Counted from the stretch's first letter, positions 1 through 13,559 are shown. The stretch is DNA of 64,000 nt from Eledone cirrhosa (GCA_964016885.1 OZ024741.1:42346001-42410000); one strand, 5' to 3'. Notes: a model not told the origin generated them from the letters alone. Translations and numbers: made by a program.

Positions 1-3000
1 TACCAGCAAACATATCCCTTCCCTCCAACACTGAAGATAACCAAACGAATTCGGAGGAAGAAACGGAGTCCTTCAGACAGATTAAAAGGAAAAAAAGAAA
101 ACATGTGCAAGACACACAAGGCCAAACAACCCCTACCCAAATGTCAACACAATCCAACAAAACACAAAACACCCCTCCAGCAACAAACAAAACCAAACCT
201 GCCCCTCCCCTCTTCGAAACACTCACACCATCCGAAAAAAGACATTACACTATACTTACATCAACAGAAACAATAATAAATTAAATGAACTCATAAACAA
301 TAACCCTTCGGTACAAACCGAAGGTGTAAACTTTGTTTCTTCAGAAAACTACCCACATTTAAAATTAATAAAGATCCCAATGAACCTCTACCAAAAACTA
401 AAAAAGGATTTTAAGGAAGACGTAGGACCACCCTCTGTCAAACCCATAAACCGCGTCCTACTAAAAAACTTTCCCCCTCCCCTTCCCCTCCCCAACACAA
501 CTCCAAACACCCCAACCCCACCACATACTGACGACCCCACACCACCACAAGACACCCCTTCACCCAACACCCCCGACCCCATGGAAGTCGTGCGACCCGA
601 ACCCCGGGAAGCATAAAGGTAGGTCTCTACACTCTCCTTTGGCTTTGCCGCCCACATGGATGTGTTAAGAGTAGGATGTTTGAATGCACGTGGCCTGGGC
701 TCAACTTGGAAGCAAGCAAAGCTTCTAAATGACCTCAGGTCACGTGGTATTAATGTAATGGTTATCTGTGAGACTCGGATCAGCGTCGTGCGGCAGCTGG
801 CCCCTACCTTCGATGACTTTGAGGTGCATGTATCTCTCTGTCAACCTGGAGGTGGGGGTGGGGTTGTCGTACTGCTGGAAAAACACCTGGGTCTCGCCGT
901 ACAGGTTGTTCACTCGGACACGGAGGGTCGTTTGTTGGTGCTAGACGTTGGCAGTAGTGAAGGTGCGGCCTTGAGACTGGTCGCCGTCTACTCCCCTTTC
1001 GGAGCTGAACGGCTCGACTTCTTCCAGCGTTTGGAGACTTTTCTGGGAACGTCGCGTTCCCTGCTTCTAGCGGGGGATTGGAATGACATCCTAGATGCAC
1101 GTTGGGACTATGCAGGAGCATGTCCTAATAGAGGGGGGTGTAACAGCCTCAAGGGGTTACTCGACCGTTTTAACTTGGTCGATAGATATCGACTAGATTT
1201 TCCAACTGTTCCAACCTGGACTTGGACGAACCACAGTGGTCAATCTAGATCATACTTAGATAGATTCTTAGTTAGAAGTAAGGATAGGGACATATTAAGC
1301 TGTCCAGAAATGCTCACGGTTGGCTATACGGATCACAAATTAGTGACCTGCGTAGTCAATCTCGAGAAAACACATAAACAGGGTCCCGGTTACTGGAAAC
1401 TTAATTTGTCTTTACCGGCAAAAGAGACTTACAGAAACCGGATTAGCAGATTAGTTAAGGAGAGGTTGACGGGTGCAATCGTCAACAACCGATGGTGGGC
1501 ATCTCTCAAAAGAGAGATTAGAACAGAATCAATAAGTTATAGCAAGATGTTAGCTGCCGATAGGAATAGAAACGAGAAAGAATTAACAGGTAAATTAGAA
1601 GAGGCAATCAAGAGCGAAGATGTGGCCAGAGTGCTGGCATCTGGACGGCCTTGAACCAGTTTTTCGATGCAAAGCTCGAAGGCTGCGTCATTCGAAGTAA
1701 AATACGTGCTCTAGGTAATGAGGGGGCCAAAGCCGTTGGCTGGGCCCGCGTGACAGAAGCTAAGAGTGGAAATCGATCCACCATCGGGTCTTTGCAAGAC
1801 GAGGATGGACGGGTGATCCGGAGCCTAAGCAGATGTGCGAGGCCTTTCAAAGGCACTTTGCCCGATTATTCGGGGGAGGCGAGGGTCCGGGCGGGGACAT
1901 GGATTTCGGTCCATACCTCGACGGCCTGCCGCGTCTCTCGAGCGAAGAGGCAGAGTCCTGCGAGGGACCAATCTCGGCTGATGAGATCGGGGATGCGCTG
2001 AGCCAATGCAGCAGACGCAAATCTCCAGGTCTCGATGGTATACCTTACGAACTTTATTTAGCAATGCCGGTCTTCTTCTCCGAACTCCTCGAAGCGGTCT
2101 ACTGCAATTGGCAGCAGAACGGGAGAATTCCTTGTTCTGTAGCCAAGGGCGTAGTCTCGCTGGTGAGGAAGGACGAGAACAAGGGGGATAGTATAAATAA
2201 TTTTCGGCCCATAACCCTGCTAAAGACAGAGTTAAAGATTTTGGCCAAGGTGTTAGCAAAGAGGTTGGCGCTTGTCGTGTGTGGCCTGGTGGGAGATGCG
2301 CAGACATGTGCTATCCCATCCAGGTCCATTCACGATAACCTCCACCTCATGCGATACATCATAGAGTGGTTGGCAACAAACCCGGCTTCGATGGGGCCCT
2401 GATCAACTTGGATCAGTCTAAGGCCGTCGATAGGGTCGACCATGGTTACCTGGATGCGGTGCTAGCGGCGGCTAGGTTCGGTCCTGTTTTCAGAGGCTGG
2501 ATCACTGCCTTACATAGCAACCACATCTGTTCTAGGATCAAGGTGAACGGCTACCTTTCGAAGCCGTTTGAAATCACACGATCCATTCGACAGGGGTGCC
2601 CTCTCTCCTCCCTTCTGTACGTATTGACTCTCGAGCCTTTACTGAGGAAGTCGGAGTTGTTGCAGGGTATCCCCCTGGAACCAGGATTGAGCAAAGCGGT
2701 GTCGGCCTACGCCGATGACGTAACAGTAATGGTATCGACCGACTCGGAGATCGAGGCGATCGGTACCTTACTGGAGGATTACGAAAGGTTGTCAGGAGCG
2801 AAACTGAACTGGGAAAAATCCATCAGGCTACAACTCGGAACGTGGAGAGGCAGACCGATGCCTCCCGACGGTGTCGTCGGACACTGGACGGAGGGCCCGG
2901 TGAAGTTGCTTGGGGTCTGGTTTGGACCGGACCTCCAGGTGGAAAAGAACTGGGACGAGGTTACGAACAAGGTGTTTGCACTAACCCAGAAATGGGCCAA

Positions 3001-4306
3001 GTGTAAGCTGTACCTAAAAGGCCTGGCGGAGGTGGCGAACATTTACCATAGCGTCCGTCACTTACTACCGCCTGACTGTCATGCCTTGCCCTAAGGAAAC
3101 ACTCACCACCATGGAACGCATGCTCTTCCAATTTCTTTGGAAGAAGCGCCCTCCTATGGTGAGAAGATCAATCTGCTGCCAACAACCTTCGAAAGGAGGG
3201 CTGGGGATGCCGTGGTTGATGATGCGTAGGCACGCATTAAGGCTACGGCACCTATAGGTATTCCTCACTGGTCAAACGGTGTGGGCTCCGTTCGTGAAAC
3301 GAGCCTTTCCGAGACTCGTCTCGCTCACCGAGCTGCAGTCCTGGGTCAAGCAAAGATCCGGAAAACTGGGAGACTGGCACACTGAGTGTGCCCAGGCGCT
3401 CAGGGCTCTCTGGCAAGCGGGCCAGGCCATCGGTGGAGAATCCACCTCATCATTCTATAGAGGGCTGGTGGCTAGCAGGGGCGATGACACCCTTGGAGAG
3501 TCGCTGGACATGGAAGAGGACGAACTGGCCAGCCTGTTCGGTAGGACTTTCGGCCCGGGACCAATAGACAACTTCCAGAAGTCACTAGCCTGGCAGTGCT
3601 ACCGGGGGGCTCTACCCGTTCTAAAGAGGCTCTACAGACACGGGCGCCCGGGCAGGGATCCCTCGAAAAAGATTTGCCCTAGATGCGTGCGTCACGAAGA
3701 AACCGTTGCGCACGCATTGGTGCAATGTCCCGGCGTGGCTGATCTGTGGGGCTACGCCGAACGACTGCTCTCGCGGGTGGCGCCGATTCGATTGACCGCC
3801 GAGTCTGTGATGACAATCAAGCCGCCTCCTCTCTTCACAAAGTAAGCAAAGGCGGTTTTTCTGTGCGTAATAGCCATGTTGAAAGAGGTTGTTTGGTGGA
3901 CACGATTGAAAGGTCTGAGGTCAGGCAACTTCCTCTCTGGCCATAGTCTGGTCTACTTCTTCAGATATCACTTCGGAAGAAGGATAAGAATGGAGAGAGA
4001 GGTGCTTGGCCACAGGCAGTTTTATGAAAGGTGGGTGATAGTGGCGAGAATGGCTCGTGTAAATGGGCCTTCTCTGTATACCATCCTGTAGGTAAAGAAG
4101 TGAAGGAGAGGGGAGCACCTTCTCCATGTGCTCCCCGGGAAAAGGATTGCACACTTTTTCGGGGGGGGGGTGCAACCCCCATCACGTCCCCTCCCTTCTG
4201 AGGTTGTTTTCGATTATTTTCATTTTATACCCTTTTTACTCGATTTTATGTAACCCCCCCCTTTGTATTTGTCCCTTCTTTCTATGCCTTTATGGTAAAT
4301 AAAGAA

Positions 4307-4307
<1 letters not shown>
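1..4307 (+). mobile_element. L1/Tx1-clade non-LTR retrotransposon copy A (divergent subfamily; 5' end outside window; ORF2 disrupted)
   Basis: ORF1 C-terminus (to 616) is homologous to that of copies B/D/E. ORF2 pieces carry APE, RT and CCHC motifs. The 3' UTR ends AATAAAGAAA followed by (TCTA)n. Confidence 0.93.
656..4091 (+). pseudogene. ORF2 of copy A (APE endonuclease-RT-zinc knuckle), multiple frameshifts/stops
   Basis: Motifs NARGL, GDWN, YLDRF, YTDH (APE); KSPGLDG, NFRPITLL, DQSKAVDRVDH, QGCPLS, AYADD (RT); CPRCVRHEETVAHALVQC. Spread over ORFs 656-1654, 1651-2001, 1833-2402, 2366-3094, 3279-3845, 3876-4091. Confidence 0.93.

Positions 4308-4393
<86 letters not shown>
4307..4393 (+). 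repeat. (TATC)n microsatellite joining copy A 3' end to copy B 5' end
   Basis: Perfect TATC run seen directly. Confidence 0.98.
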
Positions 4394-4612
4394 AGACGTG
4401 TGTAACTTCGCGGAGAAGTTTCCGTTAATTTATGTAAGAAAAAAACGTGAGTTTTTAGTTAAATTTTATATCTTTGTGTAACTTGACCCCCCGTCTGAAC
4501 CTTCAGGTGGTGGGTCAACTCATTTTCGCCCACTACAGGGGCGGAATATCCATTTGAAAAATTTTTTCTCCATCGAGTCTTGGAAAAAATATTGTAAAAT
4601 TTTGATTACGTT

Positions 4613-6529
4613 ATGAACGCTGCATCCAACGATAATGGTGGTGGAGAGGCGGTAAGACTACAAAGCTCGCAGTCAACAACGTCTTCTTCACTAGATACTA
4701 TAGAGATGGAAAGACGAAATGAAAATGTAAAAACGAATTCATATTCAAACAACACAAATGACACCAAACAATTCAATGACAACACAAATAACAGCAACAC
4801 CAATAATGATAATAAAAGCAACAATGATAACAATAACAAAGAAAAAAATAAAGACAACACCAATAACACCAGCATCAAAGACAACAACAACACCAAGGAA
4901 AATACGAATAATACCAACATCCGTGACAACAAGAATAACAACAACAATAACAACAATAATGACAACACCACCAATACGGATTCCACAAAGAAACCAAAAA
5001 TCTCCTTTGCAGAGAAAGTTAAAAAAAAGGAGGAATTGATATATCTCGACATAACAAATGCTGAACAACTTTTAAAGGACGCTAGGAGATATGTCACTTT
5101 CGATAAAAATGGTGCTTTCAGCATCAATTCTCCGGTAGAAATTCGAAAGGAAACTGCTCTGAAAACGATAGTTTTTAGGACAGTTTCCAATTCTACCCGA
5201 AAACCATTCCAATTGTCACAGAAATAAATTGAACTGGTTTTCAAAAATTCAATGAATGATATTGCATTCATTCAAAGAAGCAAACTTTTTGAGAGTATTT
5301 CGGTACTCATGAAAGATCAATTGACGGCCCAAAATTACTCTGTGTCGCCAATTGTATCCAACCTGTACACCTTTTCCCCTTCGTACATGTGAAAAAGGAC
5401 ACAAAAGATCAGAATCACGAGTGTCACACCAAAGGTGAACATATGGTGGATACTGTGCGGCTTCATCAATTTTGATGAAGACAGAATACTGTCAGTAGGA
5501 AAGTCCCCCAGAGATGTATTCAATGGGACTAGCATTGAAGTTCTGGTGCAAATGAGCCCAGGGCGAATAGCTATGATCCCACAACGTGTACTCCTGGACG
5601 GACTCACCTACATAAACTTTTCGGTTGAGGGTAGGCGGCCTTCATGTTACCATTGCTTTAGCAGGGGTCACCTGAGGGCTTCCTGTCCTAAATTAATGAA
5701 CCCCAAAAAGGCTCTTCTGCCAACACCCATCAAAACAACACAACCACCAACACCACCACAACAACAACAACACCAACACACAAAAATAACCACAACAAAC
5801 ACAGTCCCACCCAACCCCACTCCACCTAAAACCACTGCAAAATCACATACAGACACAACAACTCCCCAAGACATACCCCGCCCCAATCACACAGACGATA
5901 CAACCGATGCGGCTATCTCCCCATCACCCAGTGAAGACGAGGGAGAACCCCATCGCTCGAAAAGAAAGAAAAGACATCACAAAAGCAAAAAACCAGCAAA
6001 CACTACCACAAACATACAACCACCAACACAAACAACAAAAACATCACAAACAAAACGTCCACCTCCTGAAAACAAAATACCTACAACAAAACGAAAGCAC
6101 ACACAAGAACTACAGACAAAAACAAACACAACACAAGAAAATTACACTTACACTTACATAAACACTGAAAACAAAACACTAATGGAGACCATCACGGACG
6201 ACCCTTCGGTGAAAACCGAAGGGAAAACTTTCGCCCACTCTATTAAAAATAACAAAAAACTGAACCTAAAACTGATTAGGGTCCCTATACAAACTTATAG
6301 GTCCCTAAAAGAAACATCTGAGATGGATGTGGGGAATTCCTGCGTGAAACCACTCAACCGCGTCCTTCTCAAATGCCTCCCCACCCCAGACGCCCCCATC
6401 CCACCAGACCCCACCCCACCAAACACCTCCGTCCCCACCCCGCCGGAAACCACCACCCATGCAGACAACCCCTCCAACACCCCCATGGAAATCGTGTGGC
6501 CTGGTCCCCAGGAGACGAAGGGTGAGTGA
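4613..6529 (+). pseudogene. ORF1 (gag-like; Asn-rich N-terminus, CCHC knuckle, Thr/Pro/Lys-rich C-terminus) with two in-frame stops
   Basis: 4613-5227 and 5435-6529 are in one frame, interrupted by TAA 5225-5227 and TGA 5390-5392. Knuckle CYHCFSRGHLRASC (CX2CX4HX4C). Confidence 0.88.
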
Positions 6530-6562
6530 TCTCTTTTCCTCTTTTAACTTTTCAGCACCAAC

Positions 6563-9500
6563 ATGGCCAATATAAGAGTTGGATGTGTGAACCTACACGG
6601 CCTGGGGATGCCCTGGAAACAGGGCAAACTCTTAAACGGCCTCAGGTCGCACAGTATGGATGTGGTAGCCATTTGCGAGTCCAGGATCCACGGCGAGCGA
6701 CAGCTGGCCCCCATCTTCGATGACTTTGAGATCTACGCATCTCTCTGTCAACCGGGGGGTGGGGGAGGAGTTGCCGTTTTGCTGCGGAAACACCTGGGCC
6801 TCGTAACACAGACGGTACATCTGGACCCGGAGGGTCGACTGGTGGTCCTAGACGTTGACGGTAGTGAAGGTGGAGCGTTCAGGCTGGTGGCCGCATATGC
6901 CCCATCCGGGACACCGCGGCCAGACTTCTTCAAACGTCTAGAGACTTTTCTGGGAACGTCCCGCTCCTTGCTTTTAGTGGGGGACTGGAATGGAATCCTA
7001 GATGCACGTTGGGACTATGTGGGAGCATGTCCCGATAAAGGGTGGTGTAACAGCCTCAAACAGTTAATCGACCGATTTGACCTGGCCGATAGATATCGAC
7101 TAGATTTTCCGACTGCGCCACTGTGGACGTGGAGTAATCGTAGCGGAACATCTATATCGTACCTAGATAGGGTTCCAGTTAGAAATAAGGATAGGGACAT
7201 GTTAAGCTGTCCACAAATGTTCATGGTTGCCTATTCAGATCACAAACTAGTGACCTGCATGGCCAACCTTGATAGAACCCATAGACAAGGACCCGGCTAC
7301 TGGAAGCTGAACTTGTCGTTACCGACAAGCAAAGCCTACAGTAGACGGATTAGCACTTTAGTTAAACAGCACTTGACAGGGGCCATTGTCAACAACAGAT
7401 GGTGGTACTCTCTGAAGAGGGCAGTTAGATTAGACTCGATAGTTTTTAGTAAAGAATTAGCGTTAGATGGAAATAGAACCGAGAAGGAACTGGTAGATAA
7501 AGTAGAAGAGGCAATTAGAAGTGGCAACGTAGCCAGCGTGTTAGCAACGAGAACGGCCTTGGACCAGTTCTTCGACGCAAAGCACGAGGGCTGCGTTGTC
7601 AGAAGAAAAATACGTGCTCTGGGAAACGAGGGAGCCAAAGCTGTTAGCTGGGCCCGAGTGACGGAGGAAAAAAGTGGCAACAAGTCCACGCATCGGTCTT
7701 TGAAGGACCAAAACGGACGCGTGATACGTGAGCCGAAGCAGATGTGTGCGGCTTTTCAGCGGCACTTTGCTCAGCTGTTCGCGGGGGGGGGGGGGGGCTA
7801 TGGACTTCGGACCATACCTCGACGGCCTACCGCGACTCTCGGACGGCGAGGCAAAGTTCTGCGAAAATCCGATTTCAGCCACTGAGATAGGGGACGCGCT
7901 GAGCCAATGCAGCAAACGCAAATCTCCAGGTCTCGACGGTCTACCCTACGAATTTTACGTAGCAATGCCGAACTTATTCTCCGGTCTCCTGGAAGCGGTC
8001 TACTGCAACTGGCAACAGAACGGGAGAATTCCCAGTTCTGTAACCGGGGACGTGGTCACACTAATCAGGAAGGACGAGAATAAGGAGGATGACATAGGCA
8101 ACTTCCGGCCCATAACTCTGCTAAACACAGAGTTACAGATTTTGGCCAAGGTGTTGGCAAAGAGGCTGGCGCTTGTCGTTGAGAACATTGGTGGGAGAAG
8201 CGCAGACATGCGCAATCCCGACCAGGTCCATACACGACAACCTCCACCTCATGCGATACATCATAGAGAGGGTAGGGTGTAAACCCGGCTTCGGTGGGGC
8301 CCTGATCAATTTTGATCAGTCTAAGGCTTTCGATAGGGTTGACCATCGTTACCTGGATGCGGTGCTCGAGGCGGCAGGCTTCGGACCCGTGTTCAAGGGC
8401 TGGATTGCTGCAATGCACAACAGCAACATCTGCTCAAGGGTCAAGGTGAACGGCTACCTCTCGGAACCGTTCCATATTACGCGACCCATTCGTCAGGGAC
8501 GCCCTCTCTCCTCCCTTCTGTACGTACTGACTCTCGAGCCACTAGTGCGGAAGTTGGAGCTATTGCAGGGCATCCCTCTGGAACCGGGACTGCGGAAAGC
8601 GGCGTCGGCCTACGCCGACGACGTGACAGTAATGGTGTCAAGCGCCTCGCAAATCTAGGAAGTCGGCACCTTACTGAAGGAATACGAAAGTTTCACAGGA
8701 GCGAAGCTGAACCGGGACAAGTCCATCGGTTTGCAACTCGGATCGTGGAGAGGCAAACCGATGCCTTCCGATGGCGTCGTCGGACGCTGGACGGAAGGAC
8801 CGGTAAAGCTGCTTGGGGTCTAGTTTGGTCTGGACCTCCAGGTGGAGAAGAACTGGAATGAGGTGACGGCCAAGGTGTTTGCACTCACCCAGAAGTGGGC
8901 CGAGTGCAAACTATCCTTCAAAGGTCGAGCGGAGGTGGCGAACACTTTTATAGCGTCCACCATCTACTACCGCTCGACCGTCGTGCCTTTCCAAGACAAA
9001 ACGCTCACCAAAATGGAGCGCGCGCTCTTCCAATTCCTTTGGAAGAGGCGGGCTCCTTTGGTGAATAGATCCATCTGCTGCCAACACCCTTCCAACGGAG
9101 GGCTGGGGATGCCGTGGCTGACGATGCGCAAACACGCGCTGAGGCTGCGGCATCTCTACGTATTCCTCACCGGACAACCGCTGTGGGCCCCGTTCGTGAG
9201 GCGAGCCTTCCCACGACTCGTCTCGCTGACCGAGCTGCAGTCCTGGGTCAAGCAAAGACCGAGGAAAATGGGCGACTGGCATCGAATGTGCTCAGGCGCT
9301 CACAGCCCTCTGGCAGGCGGACCCGGCGATCAGTGGAGACTCCACTTCGTCATTCTATAGAGGGTTGATCCGCAGCAAGTGCGACGACGCGCTCGGTGAA
9401 AATCTAGGCGTAGAGGAAGATGAACTGGCCAGTCTGTTCGGTAGGACCGTCCGCCCGTGACCGATGGACAACTTCCAAAAGTCCCTGGCCTGGCAGTGCT

Positions 9501-9990
9501 ACAGAGGAGCTCTACCAGTTCGAAACAAGCTCTACAGACATGGGCGCCCGGGCAGGGACTCTGCAAAAAAGATCTGTCCGAGGTGCGTGCGAGACGAAGA
9601 AACCGTCGCGCACGCATTCATACACTGCCCGGGCGTCACCGACCTGTGGGGCTATGTAGAACGACTATTGTCGCGGGTGGGACCAATCCGGTTGACCACC
9701 GAGTCCATTGTCATGATCAAACCGCCACTCTCCTTCAAAAACGAAGGAGAGGCGGTTTTCCTTTGTGTGATAGCTATGGCGAAAGAGGTTGTATGGTGGA
9801 CAAGGTTGAAAGGGCTGAGGTCAGACACCTTTCTCTCCGGCCAACAACTGATTCTTTTTTTCAAATACCACTTTGGAAGAAGAATCTGGATGGAGGAGAG
9901 GTGCTGTACCCCAGCATGTTTTATGAAAGGTGGGTGAAAGTGGCGAGAATGGCCCGAGTGAATGGGCCTTCTCTCTATATCAGCCTGTAG
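6563..9990 (+). pseudogene. ORF2 of copy B, frameshifts and stops
   Basis: Near-identical to intact ORF2 52049-55486 but broken (e.g. poly-G deletion ~7785, TAG ~8657, TAG 8821). Confidence 0.93.
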
Positions 9991-10247
9991 GTTGAGGAAA
10001 AGGAGGAGGAGAGGAAAGGTGAACAAACTCTTCGTACTCCTGGAGATGAGGGTTGCACATTTTTTCGGGGGTATGTGTTACCCATATGAACTGTCTCCCC
10101 CTATTGGGGAAAATCGACTAATTTTTAAATTGCATTTGTGATAATATTTTACACGTTTTTATTGTATGTAAACTACCCCCTTTGTATTTGCCCCCTTCTT
10201 TTGTGCCCCTGTGGCTAATAAAGAAATATATCTATCTATGTATCTAT

Positions 10248-10526
10248 AATAGCGTCTGTCATCTACTACCGCTTGATCGTCGTGCCTTGTCCCCGTGAAC
10301 ACCTCACCAAGATGGAACGCATGCTCTTCCAATTCCTTTGGAAGAAGCAGGCTCCACTGGTGAGGAGATCCGCCTGCTACAGCATCTCCAGGTATTCCTC
10401 ACCGACCAACCGGTGTGGGCCCAGTTTGTGAGATGAGCCTTTCCGCAACTTGTCTCGCTGACGGAGCTGCAGTCCTGGGTCAAGCGGAGACTGAAGAAAA
10501 TGGGCGCCTGGCACATTGAATGCCAT
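10248..10526 (+). mobile_element. Short, internally deleted Tx1 ORF2 fragment (copy C-like subfamily) following the TATC tail of copy B
   Basis: Matches ~50416-50550 (gtccccgtgaacacctc..aagaagcaggctcc) and the downstream LTELQSWVK segment. Confidence 0.85.
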
Positions 10527-10900
10527 ATTTTAGTAAAAGACTCTATAGGAGTATAAGTCAAAAGAGACCAAAAGAAATTTTAATCAATCTCACTTCTATA
10601 TCGATTGACTAAAATGTTTGGTTTATCTGGTTTATACTCCCATAATCAGAGTTTTTTCACTTGAATTTTATATGTAACATTGCTTCTCTGATATGTTATC
10701 TATATATTTCATCAAGTCATTGAGATCTTTAAGTATTAGAGACTAATTACTCTTTAATTATTATATCTTTCACTCCCCCCTCTCTCTCTGTATATATATA
10801 TTTCTTATTCGTTGTTTAGTTTCTTTTGCTAGATGACAAAACTTACGACAAGAGGCGTTGCGTTCAGTAACAGCAGCAGTTACAACAACAACAGCAACAA

Positions 10901-11425
10901 TAATTGTTTCTACTTCAAACACAAGGGCAGCAATTTGAAGGGAAAGAGGAAGTCGATTAAATCGAACCCAGTGCATGACTGGTGCTTTATTTTATCGACC
11001 CCATAACGATGAAAGGCAAAATTAACCTCGGTGGTATATGAACTCAGACCGTAAAGGGCCGTAATTCTATACTGCAAAGCGTGGCGTCCGACCCTCTACC
11101 GCTACTGCCAATAATGGTTTCTACTTTTGACACAAGGCCAGCAATTACCCAGTGCATTACTGGTACTTTATTTTATCGATCCCGGAAGGATGAAAGGCAA
11201 AGTTAACCTTTAATAATGGTTTCTTATATAGGCAGAAGGCCAGCAATTTTGGGGGAAGGGGAAAGTCGATTAAATCGACCTCAGTGCGTGACTGGTACTT
11301 TATTTTATCGACCCCGTAAGGATGAAAGGCAAAGTTAAACTCGGCGGGATTTGAACTCAGACTGAAAAGGGCCGTAACGCTATGCTGCAAAGTGTGGCGT
11401 CCGACCCTCTACCGATACCGCCAAT
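10901..11425 (-). mobile_element. Cluster of tRNA-derived SINEs (two near-full copies, one partial)
   Basis: Minus strand reads TTGGCxGTAxCGGTAGAG (A-box-like), GAGTTCAAATCCCGCC (B-box-like) and core GCCTTTCATCCTTACGGGGTCGATAAAATAAAGTACCAG. The core resembles the Meta/MESC-type SINE central domain. Confidence 0.85.
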
Positions 11426-11523
11426 AATAATAACAATAACTTTTATTGGCTTCCGTGTTGGAAAAAATTAAGAACAATACAATTAAAACAACAGCTATAG
11501 TAATGTCTTTATATAGGAAACGG

Positions 11524-11560
11524 TATATATTTTATCTGGTGATTCTATAGACATGTTTTA

Positions 11561-11618
<58 letters not shown>

Positions 11619-11655
11619 TAAAACATGTCTATAGAATCACCAGATAAAATATATA
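11524..11655. repeat. Perfect ~40-bp inverted repeat enclosing (TA)n
   Basis: tatattttatctggtgattctatagacatgttttatga-(TA)n-tcataaaacatgtctatagaatcaccagataaaatata. Confidence 0.95.
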
Positions 11656-11701
11656 TATATATTTATATATTATATATATATTTATATATATATATTTATA
11701 T

Positions 11702-12720
11702 ATTATGAAGAGAGAAGAAACATTTAGATATAATTAGTAATAAGATGTATCATACCTAAACTGCTTCTAGATTCCTCGACTACGTAGTTTCGTGGCATAA
11801 TAAAAACAATACATCATAGAGATATAGAGCCTTTGTGAGGTCTGCCGACTTATCAAGAGGATACCTCATTTTACTAGCCTCAAGAACACGTCTATAAGAT
11901 GTGAGATAGAATCCCAAAAGGCGGAGGGGGAGTCACTCACGTGATACAACGGTCAAGAAACAGAGCTAAGCCCCTTATAACCCTGAAAAAAATACCAGGG
12001 AGGCGGAGGGGGTATTTATATCGAGGCGGTAGAAGAGGTGGTTAAGGAGGCCAGAAGTATGAGTAATGGCAGCTTTCCAGCAGTCACTACACTTCAAAGA
12101 TTACTCGACCAGAGGGAGTTATAAACAATATATTGAGAAACACACAGATACATGCGGACACACACATATACATGAATATATCCACATCCATCCTTGAGTT
12201 AATGGTGCCAACCTTAACCGATGTTGCTCTATGAATAACTGGGACAAACCAATCCGAATGGATTAGACTGAACCAGTGTCAGAGCTAAAAGTACATTATG
12301 AAGAGAGAAGAAACATTTAGATATAATTAGTAATAAGATGTATCATACCTAAACTGCTTCTAGATTCCTCGACTACGTAGTTTCCTGGCATAATCAAAAA
12401 CAATACATCATAGAGATATAGAGCCTTTGTGAGGTCTGCCGACTTATCAAGAGGATACCTCATTTTACTAGCCTCAAGAACACGTCTATAAGATGTGAGA
12501 TAGAATCCCAAAAGGCGGAGGGGAGTCAGTCACGTGATACAACGGTCAAGAAACAGAGCTAAGCCCCTTATAACCCTGAAAAAAATACCACGGATGTTTA
12601 TAACTCCCTCTGGTCGAGTAATCTTTGAAGCGTAGTGACTGCTGGAAAGCTGCCATTACTCATACTTCTCGCCTCCTTAACCACCTCTTCTACGGCTTCG
12701 ATATAAATACCCCCTCCGCC
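11702..12720 (-). mobile_element. Penelope-like element pLTR remnant: ~295-bp direct repeats plus a ~125-bp inverted segment
   Basis: 11702-11998 is repeated at 12295-12590, and 12002-12125 is inverted at 12596-12720. Each direct repeat carries a hammerhead-like motif. Confidence 0.7.
11773..11861 (-). ncRNA. Type I hammerhead ribozyme motif, U3-A8 core variant (second copy 12366-12455)
   Basis: TCCTC-TTGATAA-gtcggca...tgccac-GAAA-CTACGTAG-TC-GAGGA. Confidence 0.65.
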
Positions 12721-12773
12721 AATCTATTGTAAAACTCATTCTTTGATTTATTCATTGAACCTTGTTTAACCTT

Positions 12774-13228
<455 letters not shown>

Positions 13229-13325
13229 ATACACTCTGTCTAGCTCTACACCTCGTCACTGAAGTGAACCTAAACATCAAATGCTCACCCGGGTGAACCT
13301 ACAGTAACTCCAACTTACACTCGCT

Positions 13326-13379
<54 letters not shown>

Positions 13380-13399
13380 GCATATATATACTGTATATA

Positions 13400-13451
<52 letters not shown>

Positions 13452-13464
13452 TATACTGTATATA

Positions 13465-13532
<68 letters not shown>

Positions 13533-13559
13533 TATACTGTATATATGCATATATATATA

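Larger units (their letters stand above)
4394..10226 (+). mobile_element. Tx1-like element copy B, full length (5' UTR, ORF1, ORF2, 3' UTR), ORF2 disrupted
   Basis: Starts AGACGTGTG right after TATC, at the same point as copy E. Colinear with E over ~5.8 kb. Ends AATAAAGAAA-TATATC. Confidence 0.95.

Noticed and set aside
4606-5271. 221-aa antisense hydrophobic ORF over the ORF1 N-terminus (also 55969-56634), ORF0-like
   Set aside because: Explained by the AAC/AAT-rich sense strand; retention in two near-identical copies is not evidence of selection
6522-6555. 34-nt GT-AG mini-intron fusing ORF1 to ORF2
   Set aside because: ORF1 and ORF2 are already in the same frame, so removing 34 nt puts ORF2 out of frame; it is also very short for a spliceosomal intron
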